Of a stretch of DNA of 64,000 bases, positions 56,571 through 64,000 are shown in pieces. A program made the translations under genes and the position numbers. The DNA comes from Coriobacteriia bacterium. GTDB lineage: Bacteria > Actinomycetota > Coriobacteriia > Coriobacteriales > UBA8131. The stretch lies in NCBI GenBank assembly GCA_009783085.1, contig WRHU01000004.1, forward strand, positions 8,164 through 72,163, given 5' to 3'. Position 1 is the stretch's first letter. Every line of letters begins with the position of its first letter. Below the pieces are notes generated by a model. The model was not told the origin of the DNA. It did no database searches and saw only the letters and a list, made by a program, of their open reading frames with translations.

Positions 56571-57479
56571 TTAAAACCATGCGGGGACGTATTGTGTGGC
56601 CTTTTTGACCGCTTTTTCTGCCTCGTGAGTGGCGCCCTCATACGAGTAAAGCTCCTCATAAAACGCTTGCCCGTGATTAAGATGGGTGAGGTGCGCAAGT
56701 TCATGAAGGATAATTTGCCGAGCGAGGTCGGTGGGCAGAAAAATAACACGTCGGTCGATACGAATGTGCCCATCGTGCGTGCAAACGCCCCAGGCACTTT
56801 TTCGGTTGTTGACCGTGATGTCTTTTGGGTGGCGCTTGAGTTGGTAGGCAGCCTCTAACTCCCCCACCGTACGCCACGCAAAAAAGGGCAGCTGCTCTTT
56901 GGCGTAGGAAGTAACAAAACGGCGCAGGGCCTCAAAACAAGCTTCCTCATTTTCAATATTGCCGTGGAGGCAAAGGGTGCGCTTTGGGTTTTGCTCGGTA
57001 GGAGTGGGTGCGGCTGCAGTATATTCGGTGGTATGCCTGCTGGCAGCCTGTTTACTAGTAGCCTGTTTGGTGGTGCTGCGTGTGGTGCTGCGCGTGTTGC
57101 TGCGCTTGGCGGTGATACGAGCTGCTGCGGTGGGGTGATATTCGATATGCCAGAGCTCGCCCAGTGGTGGAAAATCAAGATGTGTGGGAAGTCCCGCCGC
57201 AAGCCCTTGGCGGTGGTTTTCGATATGCGGAGCAATGCGGCGGGCCGTGCGTTCAATCCACAGGCGCTTCTCCTCCAAAAAAGTGGCTATCTGGTTTGGC
57301 TCAAGCGCACGTTTTGCTCCTAGACGACGCGAACTAATAACAACTTCAAGCTCACCTTTGTGGCTTAAAATTACCCGGTTGCTGCGTGCCTTTTTTGAAA
57401 TACGAGCCGAAACAGGAAGCTCGGTGCCGTCGGCGCAAAAAAAGCTCGGGTAGTCGAAGCCTGGGACTTCAGAAACCAC
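56571..57479 (-). CDS. YgjP-like M48/DUF45 metal-dependent hydrolase
   Basis: ILHELAHLTHLNHGQAF (HExxH) near the C-terminus. Low-complexity T/S/K insertion (TRSTTRSTTKQATSKQAA). Confidence 0.8.
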   Translation of the reverse strand: MVSEVPGFDYPSFFCADGTELPVSARISKKARSNRVILSHKGELEVVISSRRLGAKRALEPNQIATFLEEKRLWIERTARRIAPHIENHRQGLAAGLPTHLDFPPLGELWHIEYHPTAAARITAKRSNTRSTTRSTTKQATSKQAASRHTTEYTAAAPTPTEQNPKRTLCLHGNIENEEACFEALRRFVTSYAKEQLPFFAWRTVGELEAAYQLKRHPKDITVNNRKSAWGVCTHDGHIRIDRRVIFLPTDLARQIILHELAHLTHLNHGQAFYEELYSYEGATHEAEKAVKKATQYVPAWF

Positions 57480-57485
57480 GCCAGC

Positions 57486-60056
57486 TCACTTCCCCATTTT
57501 AGGGGCTGACCTATTGTTCTTGGTCACAGGTTTGGTGCTGCTGGGGGCTGACCTATTGTTCTTGGCCATAGGTTTAGTGCTGCTGGAGGCTGGCTTCTTG
57601 CTGGTTGCAGGCCTCACCCGCTGCGCTAAATAGCAATGATGTATTTTTTGATTACGCTCAAAATCTTGCGGAATAGTTTGCGCCGTAATGTCTTTGAGCG
57701 TCACACCTGCCCGTTGTAGCGGCTCCATTTCTGGAGTAAAGCTGCGAAGGTTCGTGGAAAACACCACAACGCCATCAGGGGTGAGCATACGGGATAAGGC
57801 AATCAAAAGCTCGGCATGGTCGCGCTGTACGTCCCACGTGCGACTACCCATTGACGATGAATTAGAAAAAGTTGGAGGGTCACAAAAAATAAGTCCGTAT
57901 TTTTGTTTGTCGTGACGGTGATCCGCCACCCACCGCAGTACGTCTGCCTGCACAAAGGGATAGCTTTCACCCTTAAAGCCATTGCGCCTCATGTTGCGCT
58001 CGGCCGTAGCCAAGTAGGTGTTGGACATATCCACCGTGGTAACCGTGCTTGCACCACCAGCCGCCATATACACACTGGCCGTGCCCGTATAGGCAAAAAG
58101 ATTAAGCGTATCGAGGCCCGTTGCCTTTTCTCTAAGCAAGGCTCGCGTAAGGCGATGGTCGAGAAAAATACCGGTGTCAAGATGAGAAGAAAAATCGACC
58201 TCAAAGAGCAGGCCGTTCTCCCCCACTATTTTTGTTGTCGGTTCTTTCGAAGCCTCGGTTTCTGGCGAAGCATACTGAGAGCCACCCTTGGCACGCCGAC
58301 GTGTTTTAAGATAGACATTGGCGAGCGGAACATCAAGAATACGAGGAGCAACACTCAGCACTGTTGAGAGGCGCTGCATGGCTAATGCTTCGTCAATGTG
58401 CTTGGGTGGTGCGTATTCGGCAATATGAAGCCACTTGTTACCCTCATTAGGTCCGGCACCCTCATACACATCGAGAGCAACAGCAAAACTTGGAAGGTCG
58501 GCATCATAAACACGGTAGCAACTTACCCCACTCCGACGAGCCCACTTTGCTCGATGAGCCGCCATCTTGCTCAGGCGATTTTCAAACTGCTCTACATCTT
58601 GAGGGTCTGCTTGTTCTTGACTCTTGCTTGATGGCGATGCGTCATTTGTAGTCGCCTGGTCATTTGCAGTCGCTTTGTCGTCTGTGGACGTTTTATCGTC
58701 TGCGGACGTTTGGTCATTTGCGGACGTTTGGTCATTTGCGGTCGCCAGTTTGTTGATAGTCGCCTTGTTATGCGCCTCAGGTCTTTGGGCATACACAGAA
58801 ATTGCAACTTCAAGTGCCCCGTTATAGGTGGCAATGCGCTTTTGGGGGCTCTGCCCAAGATAGGCTTTCATGCCCTCATCAGCGGTAATAACGCAGAGGT
58901 CGGCAGGTGTGGCGGTCTGAGCCGAGTCTATGAGCTTTCGCAGTGCCGCATAGAGTGCCGGCAGCTGGGCTGTTTCGAAAAGCCGTAAGCCATAGGGAGG
59001 ATTCGTAACAACGAGCAGTGGTAGCTGCGCTGTGTCTTTTGCGATAAGGGCGCCAGGCGAAATATCTTTTGCGACAGGGGCACCAGAAGAACCAGAGTGC
59101 GGGGTAACGAAGCGAGTTGCTGTATCCGCCACATCTGCAACCGAAAAGTCAATGACCTGCTCTACGCCAGCACGACGTGCGCTGGTGCGCGCAACTTCAA
59201 CAACAGCGGCATCGCTATCGCTGGCATAAAGGCGCAGCGTACCGGTTGCCTTTGACTGCTCAAGCGCACGCTCAGCGCGCTCGTCTGCCTCGTCAAGACA
59301 GGCAAACCACTGCTCCTCATCAAAACCGAGCCAACCGGTAAAGCCCCAGTAATCTCGCAGGGAGCCAGGCGCGCGGTCAAGCGCAATGAGGGCGGCCTCG
59401 ATAACCAGTGTTCCTGAGCCGCAAAGTGGGTCAAGCAGCGCACCGCGCGCCTGAGCTTCCTCAAAAGAGTTCCAACCCGCAGCCAGCAGCATGGTCGCAG
59501 CAAGCGTTTCTCGCAAAGGAGCAACAACGCTTTTGCTCGGCACCCGATACCCACGCTTGTGCAGCGGCTCTCCTGACAAATCCAAAGAAATCGTAGCACG
59601 CTTGTCGCGCAAGGCAACATCTATGCGCACATCAGGACGCTCTTTTGCCACCGAAGGACGCTCGCCACTCAGCTCACGAAGACGATCGCAAATTGCATCT
59701 TTAACTTTAAGCGCAGTAAAACGGGTATCAACGAGTGCGGCGTTTGTGCCCCTTGCTCCAATGGCAATGGTGCGGGTGGCATCAAGATGCTCCTCCCACG
59801 GCAGAGCCTTTATGGAGGCATACAGCTCCTCGGCGTTGGCGGCAGGAACTCTGTCTAAGACAAGGAGCACACGACTTGCCGTTCGTGTCCACAAGCAAGC
59901 ACGGTATCCCACCTCAATATCCCCAAAGAAAGCAACCCCTGCCTGCAACGGGCGCACCCGCTTTGCTCCAAGCGCAGTAAGCTCACCGGCGCACAAAGCC
60001 TCGGCTCCCCGTGCGCACGGCGCAAAGTATTCATACTGTTTTGGTTTCGTAGGCAT
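57486..60056 (-). CDS. rlmL: bifunctional 23S rRNA methyltransferase RlmKL (m2G2445/m7G2069) with low-complexity insertions
   Basis: N-terminal THUMP plus VVTNPPYG (NPPY). C-terminal CYRVYDADLPSFAVALDVY...FCDPPTFSNS is collinear with E. coli RlmK from memory. Confidence 0.85.
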   Translation of the reverse strand: MPTKPKQYEYFAPCARGAEALCAGELTALGAKRVRPLQAGVAFFGDIEVGYRACLWTRTASRVLLVLDRVPAANAEELYASIKALPWEEHLDATRTIAIGARGTNAALVDTRFTALKVKDAICDRLRELSGERPSVAKERPDVRIDVALRDKRATISLDLSGEPLHKRGYRVPSKSVVAPLRETLAATMLLAAGWNSFEEAQARGALLDPLCGSGTLVIEAALIALDRAPGSLRDYWGFTGWLGFDEEQWFACLDEADERAERALEQSKATGTLRLYASDSDAAVVEVARTSARRAGVEQVIDFSVADVADTATRFVTPHSGSSGAPVAKDISPGALIAKDTAQLPLLVVTNPPYGLRLFETAQLPALYAALRKLIDSAQTATPADLCVITADEGMKAYLGQSPQKRIATYNGALEVAISVYAQRPEAHNKATINKLATANDQTSANDQTSADDKTSTDDKATANDQATTNDASPSSKSQEQADPQDVEQFENRLSKMAAHRAKWARRSGVSCYRVYDADLPSFAVALDVYEGAGPNEGNKWLHIAEYAPPKHIDEALAMQRLSTVLSVAPRILDVPLANVYLKTRRRAKGGSQYASPETEASKEPTTKIVGENGLLFEVDFSSHLDTGIFLDHRLTRALLREKATGLDTLNLFAYTGTASVYMAAGGASTVTTVDMSNTYLATAERNMRRNGFKGESYPFVQADVLRWVADHRHDKQKYGLIFCDPPTFSNSSSMGSRTWDVQRDHAELLIALSRMLTPDGVVVFSTNLRSFTPEMEPLQRAGVTLKDITAQTIPQDFERNQKIHHCYLAQRVRPATSKKPASSSTKPMAKNNRSAPSSTKPVTKNNRSAPKMGK

Positions 60057-60062
60057 GGCTAC

Positions 60063-61232
60063 TCAGTTTGACGAGAAATAATCGTCCATGCGCGGATAAT
60101 CATCATCATCGCTTGACGAATACCGGCGATGACCGCAGCTCGGATCGGTGCATTCATCGTCCTCATACGAATCAAAATACTCGAAGCCAAAATTAGCAGC
60201 CTGCTCGTATACGTCCATAGCACGCTGCGCCAATCCCCAGTCAAGCCCCTGCTTCTCGCAATACGCTTCCTCACGATACACCAGCGCAAGCGCCTGAAGT
60301 GCCTTGTGGTTTCCACCCACCATCATCAGCAAATCATAGAGCTGATGAGCAGTTTCTAGCACCGGAAAAGCAAGATCAAGTTCGTCGGCAGCATCAAGAG
60401 CAACGGTGAGTTCATCAAAAAACACCTCGAGAGACGGGCCGTTTTCAAACTGCTCGTCTAAAATATGGTGAGCCAAATCGCACATGGCAGGCGTAACGTA
60501 GGGGTCGGTTGCAAACATCGCCAAAATGCTCGCTGGTTCAACCTTGCTGTTAAGGGCAAAGGTAATGGTTTCAACAAGAGCCATCATGGCGCCCGCTTGG
60601 CAAATGGTAGCAGCCAGTTTGGCAGAAGCCCCCTGTCCGGCAAGTCCCACTAGCAAAACAGAGGTGCTCAATGCCTCAAACACTGGTTGCAGCGTTTGAA
60701 CCGTGTCGGTATCGCCGCCCACAAACAGACGGGTGTTGGTGTGGGCGCTCGTAGTGTGGGCGCTCGTAGTGTGGGCGCTCGTAGTATTGGCGGTTGCGTT
60801 GGTGGTGGCGTCGGTGGCGGCACAGGCCTCAGCATTGCCCGCCTCGCAAGCCTCCACAAAAAAGCACTCCCCGAGAGATGCAAGCGCATGAAGCTCACGT
60901 GCCAAACGGGGCGTACAAAGAGATACATCGAGCAGATAACTCCCCGGTTTTACCCCAGCTAAAATGCCGTGTTCTCCAAGATAGACCGCTTCGACTTCTT
61001 GAGGATTTTCAAGCGCCGTTATAACAAGGCCTGCGTTGGCAACGGTTTGAGCAAGTTCTTTTGTTTGGGCGTTGGTGCGCGGAGCACTCAGCTTGCACTC
61101 GGCAAAACTAAACCCTGCCACACGCAGACGAGCTGCAAAAAGCTCAGCCCGCTTGCCTTGTCCAATAAATACTATCTGTTGCGTTGAGCCCGGCTTAAAA
61201 ACATCAAGCTGAGCCGTACTAATATCTGTCAC
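60063..61232 (-). CDS. beta-hydroxyacid dehydrogenase-family NAD(P)-binding protein (atypical) with T/A/H repeat insertion and acidic tail
   Basis: IVFIGQGKRAELFA dinucleotide-fold start and a C-terminal all-helical domain. 3 x 15-bp repeat at 60739-60783. Confidence 0.6.
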   Translation of the reverse strand: MTDISTAQLDVFKPGSTQQIVFIGQGKRAELFAARLRVAGFSFAECKLSAPRTNAQTKELAQTVANAGLVITALENPQEVEAVYLGEHGILAGVKPGSYLLDVSLCTPRLARELHALASLGECFFVEACEAGNAEACAATDATTNATANTTSAHTTSAHTTSAHTNTRLFVGGDTDTVQTLQPVFEALSTSVLLVGLAGQGASAKLAATICQAGAMMALVETITFALNSKVEPASILAMFATDPYVTPAMCDLAHHILDEQFENGPSLEVFFDELTVALDAADELDLAFPVLETAHQLYDLLMMVGGNHKALQALALVYREEAYCEKQGLDWGLAQRAMDVYEQAANFGFEYFDSYEDDECTDPSCGHRRYSSSDDDDYPRMDDYFSSN

Positions 61233-61238
61233 GTAGGC

Positions 61239-62216
61239 TCACCGTCCACTTACTGCATTAGCTATGCGGTCACTCAAAGAAACGTGCTTGCGTCTATCAG
61301 GGCCCCAGAATACCACGGCAATCATGCCCGGCCCTACGTGTGAGCCAATGGTTGGCCCTATCTGAGCATGCCACAGAGCAACTTTGTTCTCGGTAGCCCT
61401 AAGTACCATCTCGGCAAGCTCCTCTTGCTCTTTAGGAGCATCTGCAGAGGCAACAAAAACCGTATTGAGCCCCTCTCCGGCAACGTCGCCAACCAGCTCG
61501 CCGCCCTCAGCACCCGGAGCAATATAACGGTCTTGGAAGTTTTGCAGAAGCTGCTTAATCGACTTCTTGCGACCACGTGCCACGCCATGAAACGTCAAAC
61601 CGCCGTCTATGTCATAACTCAAGATGGGCTTGATATCAAGCTTGGCACCGGCAACCGCTGCCATATCAGGAATGCGACCACCTCGGCGCAAGGACTCCAA
61701 ATCGGGAAGCGTAAAGAAACCATTTACGTAATAACGAGCCTCATTTGCCCATGCCACCATCTCTTGTGCGGTAAGCCCTCGGTCGAGTTGATGCACTGCC
61801 TCCATAACAAAGAGTCCTTCGGCAACGGAGGGCAGCTTGGTGTCCACCACGTACAGCTCAGTGCCCGGATGTTTTTCCATAAGCTCTTTTGCAGCAACGC
61901 TCGCCGTGTCAAAGGTTCCAGAAAGCGCAGCGGTAAAGCACAAATACACGGTTGGTATGCCGCTTTGCAGCGCACGTTCAAAGCTCTCAATAATTTGATT
62001 GAACGGCACTTGCGCCGTTGTGGGCTGCTCGCCTCTGCGCATGCGCTCGTAAAAATCGTGCGAACTCATCGTCGCGCCCAAATCGTCAAGATGCTCCTCC
62101 TCGCCAAACATAAAGGAGAAGCGAATCAAATCTACGTCAAAAGACGTCACTAACTCTGCTGGAAGGTCGCAGCAGGTGTCGATAATTAAATTGCATTTTC
62201 GTATCCGTTTTGCCAT
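61239..62216 (-). CDS. DegV-family fatty-acid-binding protein
   Basis: IIDTCCDLPAELV...TAQVPFNQIIESF...YLCFTAALSGT, typical of DegV. Confidence 0.88.
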   Translation of the reverse strand: MAKRIRKCNLIIDTCCDLPAELVTSFDVDLIRFSFMFGEEEHLDDLGATMSSHDFYERMRRGEQPTTAQVPFNQIIESFERALQSGIPTVYLCFTAALSGTFDTASVAAKELMEKHPGTELYVVDTKLPSVAEGLFVMEAVHQLDRGLTAQEMVAWANEARYYVNGFFTLPDLESLRRGGRIPDMAAVAGAKLDIKPILSYDIDGGLTFHGVARGRKKSIKQLLQNFQDRYIAPGAEGGELVGDVAGEGLNTVFVASADAPKEQEELAEMVLRATENKVALWHAQIGPTIGSHVGPGMIAVVFWGPDRRKHVSLSDRIANAVSGR

Positions 62217-62367
62217 GTCTACTCTCTATTTCTCTTGTTCCTACCAAAGAAAGGTACGCCTTGCGTATTGCTTCTTGTTCTTTGCGGGGTGCGCCTCACG
62301 CACTACACCTTACACCTTGCACCTTGCTTGCATAATGTACGCACCTCGCTCGCTCATTGAGAGCTCA

Positions 62368-63150
62368 CTACGGGCGGCGCTCGGAGCTTTCTTGGTGCAG
62401 CCCGTAGGCCTCGTCTAAGTCCATCACAAACAGTATACCGTTACCGGGCTCATCTATTTGGAGTCGTTCACGCACTGACGCAACAATGTCATCTTTTTGC
62501 TCCGTACTTGTTATTATAAAGACTTCTTCTTTTTCTGGCTCGATTTCTACCGAAAAAAGCTTTTGAACTTCGTGAATACCTGCTCCACGTGCGTTGATAA
62601 TCGTGCCACCACGTGCGCCCGCCGCATTGGCAGCCTCAATAACTTCCTCAGCTCTGCCTTTGTCGACAACTACATAGATAATTTGATACATCTTGTTGTT
62701 CACCTCACTTGTGTTGCTCGTTTGTTCAAGCATATTCTTATCGTTTTCATCAAGTTCATTCTTTTTGCCGATAAAATCAGCAACCGAGAGATAAAAGGCA
62801 ATGCCGTGGTCGGGCTTGTGAAACTTCATGTCTTTGCCAATGCCGTGCAGCGCTTCGTGAGCGAGTTCACGCTCAACAATCATGCTCACCACTTCTTTTC
62901 GTATCTCGCTCAAACCCAAAAAATCGAGAATACGATTGTTAGCCGTGCCTCGCCCAATCGAGATGGTGCCGCCCTTGACCCCGTATTTTTTAGCAACCTT
63001 CAAGGTTTTTGAGGCGTCACCTCTGTTTACCACGCAGCAGATAAGGCTAAAGTTCGGCTTTATGCTCTCGCGTGCTGTGGTCTTTTTTGTTCGAGCCGTT
63101 TTTTTTGTTCCAGCCATTCGTTTTCCCACTTCTTTCATGTTACAACTCAC
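62368..63150 (-). CDS. tandem PII-like (GlnB-fold) protein with a basic N-terminal tail; start 63150 (GTG) or 63138 (ATG)
   Basis: Two ferredoxin-like halves: FSLICCVVNRGDASKTLKVAKKYGVKGGTISIGRGTANN... and YQIIYVVVDKGRAEEVIEAANAAGARGGTIINARGAGIHE... Confidence 0.65.
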   Translation of the reverse strand: MSCNMKEVGKRMAGTKKTARTKKTTARESIKPNFSLICCVVNRGDASKTLKVAKKYGVKGGTISIGRGTANNRILDFLGLSEIRKEVVSMIVERELAHEALHGIGKDMKFHKPDHGIAFYLSVADFIGKKNELDENDKNMLEQTSNTSEVNNKMYQIIYVVVDKGRAEEVIEAANAAGARGGTIINARGAGIHEVQKLFSVEIEPEKEEVFIITSTEQKDDIVASVRERLQIDEPGNGILFVMDLDEAYGLHQESSERRP

Positions 63151-64000
63151 TCTTTCTCGACTTAATCTTATAAATCAAACCAAGTGCCTGCAAGGCAATA
63201 AGCGGCGTTATCGCAACCATCGCAATCACGCCAAAAGAATCTAAGAGAATATTTGAATGCTCTATGGCATCTGATGCACCTTCCGCAAGAGCCAAAATAA
63301 AGGTTGCCGTCATGGGGCCAGAAGCCACCCCGCCCGAGTCAAAGGCAATGCCAACAAAAAGCTTTGGCACAAAAAAGGTCATAGCAAGCGAGATAACAAG
63401 GCAGGGTAACAAATAGTGCCACAGCTGAATTTCTGGAATAGCAATGCGCAGCATGGACAAGCCAACCGCAAAGGCAACGCCAATCGACAGTGTTGCCAAA
63501 ACGATGGTGCGCTTGATATAACCACTGGTCACGCTCTCAATTTGGTGCGTAAGAATGTAGACGGCTGGTTCGGTAAGAATAACCAGCAGCCCCAGCAAAA
63601 AGCCAAACCCTACGAGAATAGCCCTGTTGTCATACGCTGCCAAACCGTGCCCCACAAGGTTTCCTACCACCATAAATCCCGCACTCACGCCAACGAGAAA
63701 AATAACCAGCCCAATATAGGTGTACAAAAACCCGAGGAACATTCTGATAAACGCTCGTGGCTTGAGCTTGAAACTTATTTTTTGGAAAACGAGCAAGAGA
63801 ATAATCATGGGGAGCAAGGCGATAAAAGACTCAAGTGCAATGCGAGGCAGCTCGGCAACAAACGGACCAAAAAGCGAATCGGTTGCGGCAGCGTGTTCGG
63901 GCAAAGCTCCTTGCATGCTGTCGGTTTTCACAAAGAGGTTAAGGAGCAAGACCCCAAAAATTGCGCCCGTTGACATAATGCCGATAAGCCCAAAACTGTC
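63140..64000 (-). CDS. DUF1538-family membrane protein; the ORF remains open to the window edge
   Basis: AFDSGGVASGPMTATFILAL and GVIAMVAITPLIALQ motifs. The reading frame continues beyond 63976 to base 64000. Confidence 0.75.
   Translation of the reverse strand, partial: DSFGLIGIMSTGAIFGVLLLNLFVKTDSMQGALPEHAAATDSLFGPFVAELPRIALESFIALLPMIILLLVFQKISFKLKPRAFIRMFLGFLYTYIGLVIFLVGVSAGFMVVGNLVGHGLAAYDNRAILVGFGFLLGLLVILTEPAVYILTHQIESVTSGYIKRTIVLATLSIGVAFAVGLSMLRIAIPEIQLWHYLLPCLVISLAMTFFVPKLFVGIAFDSGGVASGPMTATFILALAEGASDAIEHSNILLDSFGVIAMVAITPLIALQALGLIYKIKSRKSEL

Overview
The window is about 64 kb of mostly core chromosome, roughly 50-55% GC by eye. Gene content and protein sequences suggest a Gram-positive anaerobe of the Coriobacteriia/Eggerthellales type. 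That attribution is inference only, because no database search could be run.

Gene content, left to right:
- a HigA antitoxin fragment and a small low-GC islet (two membrane proteins and a 40-aa hydrophobic peptide ORF);
- a long minus-strand housekeeping run: proS, ispG, rseP, then dinB on the plus strand, then rsfS, yqeK, nadD, proA, proB, obg, rpmA, rplU;
- ferritin, a beta-propeller lipoprotein, tRNA-Met and tRNA-Asn, htrA and a glutaredoxin;
- a complete type II fatty-acid synthesis cluster (acpP, accB, accC, fused accDA, fabH, fabK, fabD, fabG, fabF, fabZ, and a MarR/FabT-like regulator);
- tRNA-Thr and a variant System I cytochrome c maturation cluster (ccmE-A-B-C-D);
- a zinc-ribbon membrane protein, a metal ABC importer and metK;
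- a glutamate-cysteine ligase followed by an ATP-grasp glutathione-synthetase-like gene, then gltX and yceD;
- an ECF sigma / anti-sigma / ABC-2 exporter module;
- an Fe-chelate/cobalamin-type ABC importer preceded by a structured leader, and an AhbD/NirJ-like radical SAM enzyme;
- rlmKL, degV, and a tandem PII-like protein next to a DUF1538 membrane protein.

I found no transposase, integrase, CRISPR array or recognisable defence system.

The observations most worth a second look are:
1. CcmE is an internal tandem duplication. The first OB-fold carries a CxxxY (CPSKY) heme motif and the second has none.
2. A promoter/SD-equipped 40-aa hydrophobic peptide ORF is flanked by an 11-nt 5-prime/3-prime complementarity, which resembles a type I toxin locus.
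3. A gshA plus eukaryotic-type-GS-like pair, with a glutaredoxin nearby, suggests glutathione-type thiol metabolism.
4. The tandem-PII plus DUF1538 module has no known function.
5. Short tandem repeats (9-43 bp) are unusually frequent, both in operon spacers and in-frame inside conserved enzymes.

I cannot show that any of these is a genuinely undescribed system from the sequence alone.
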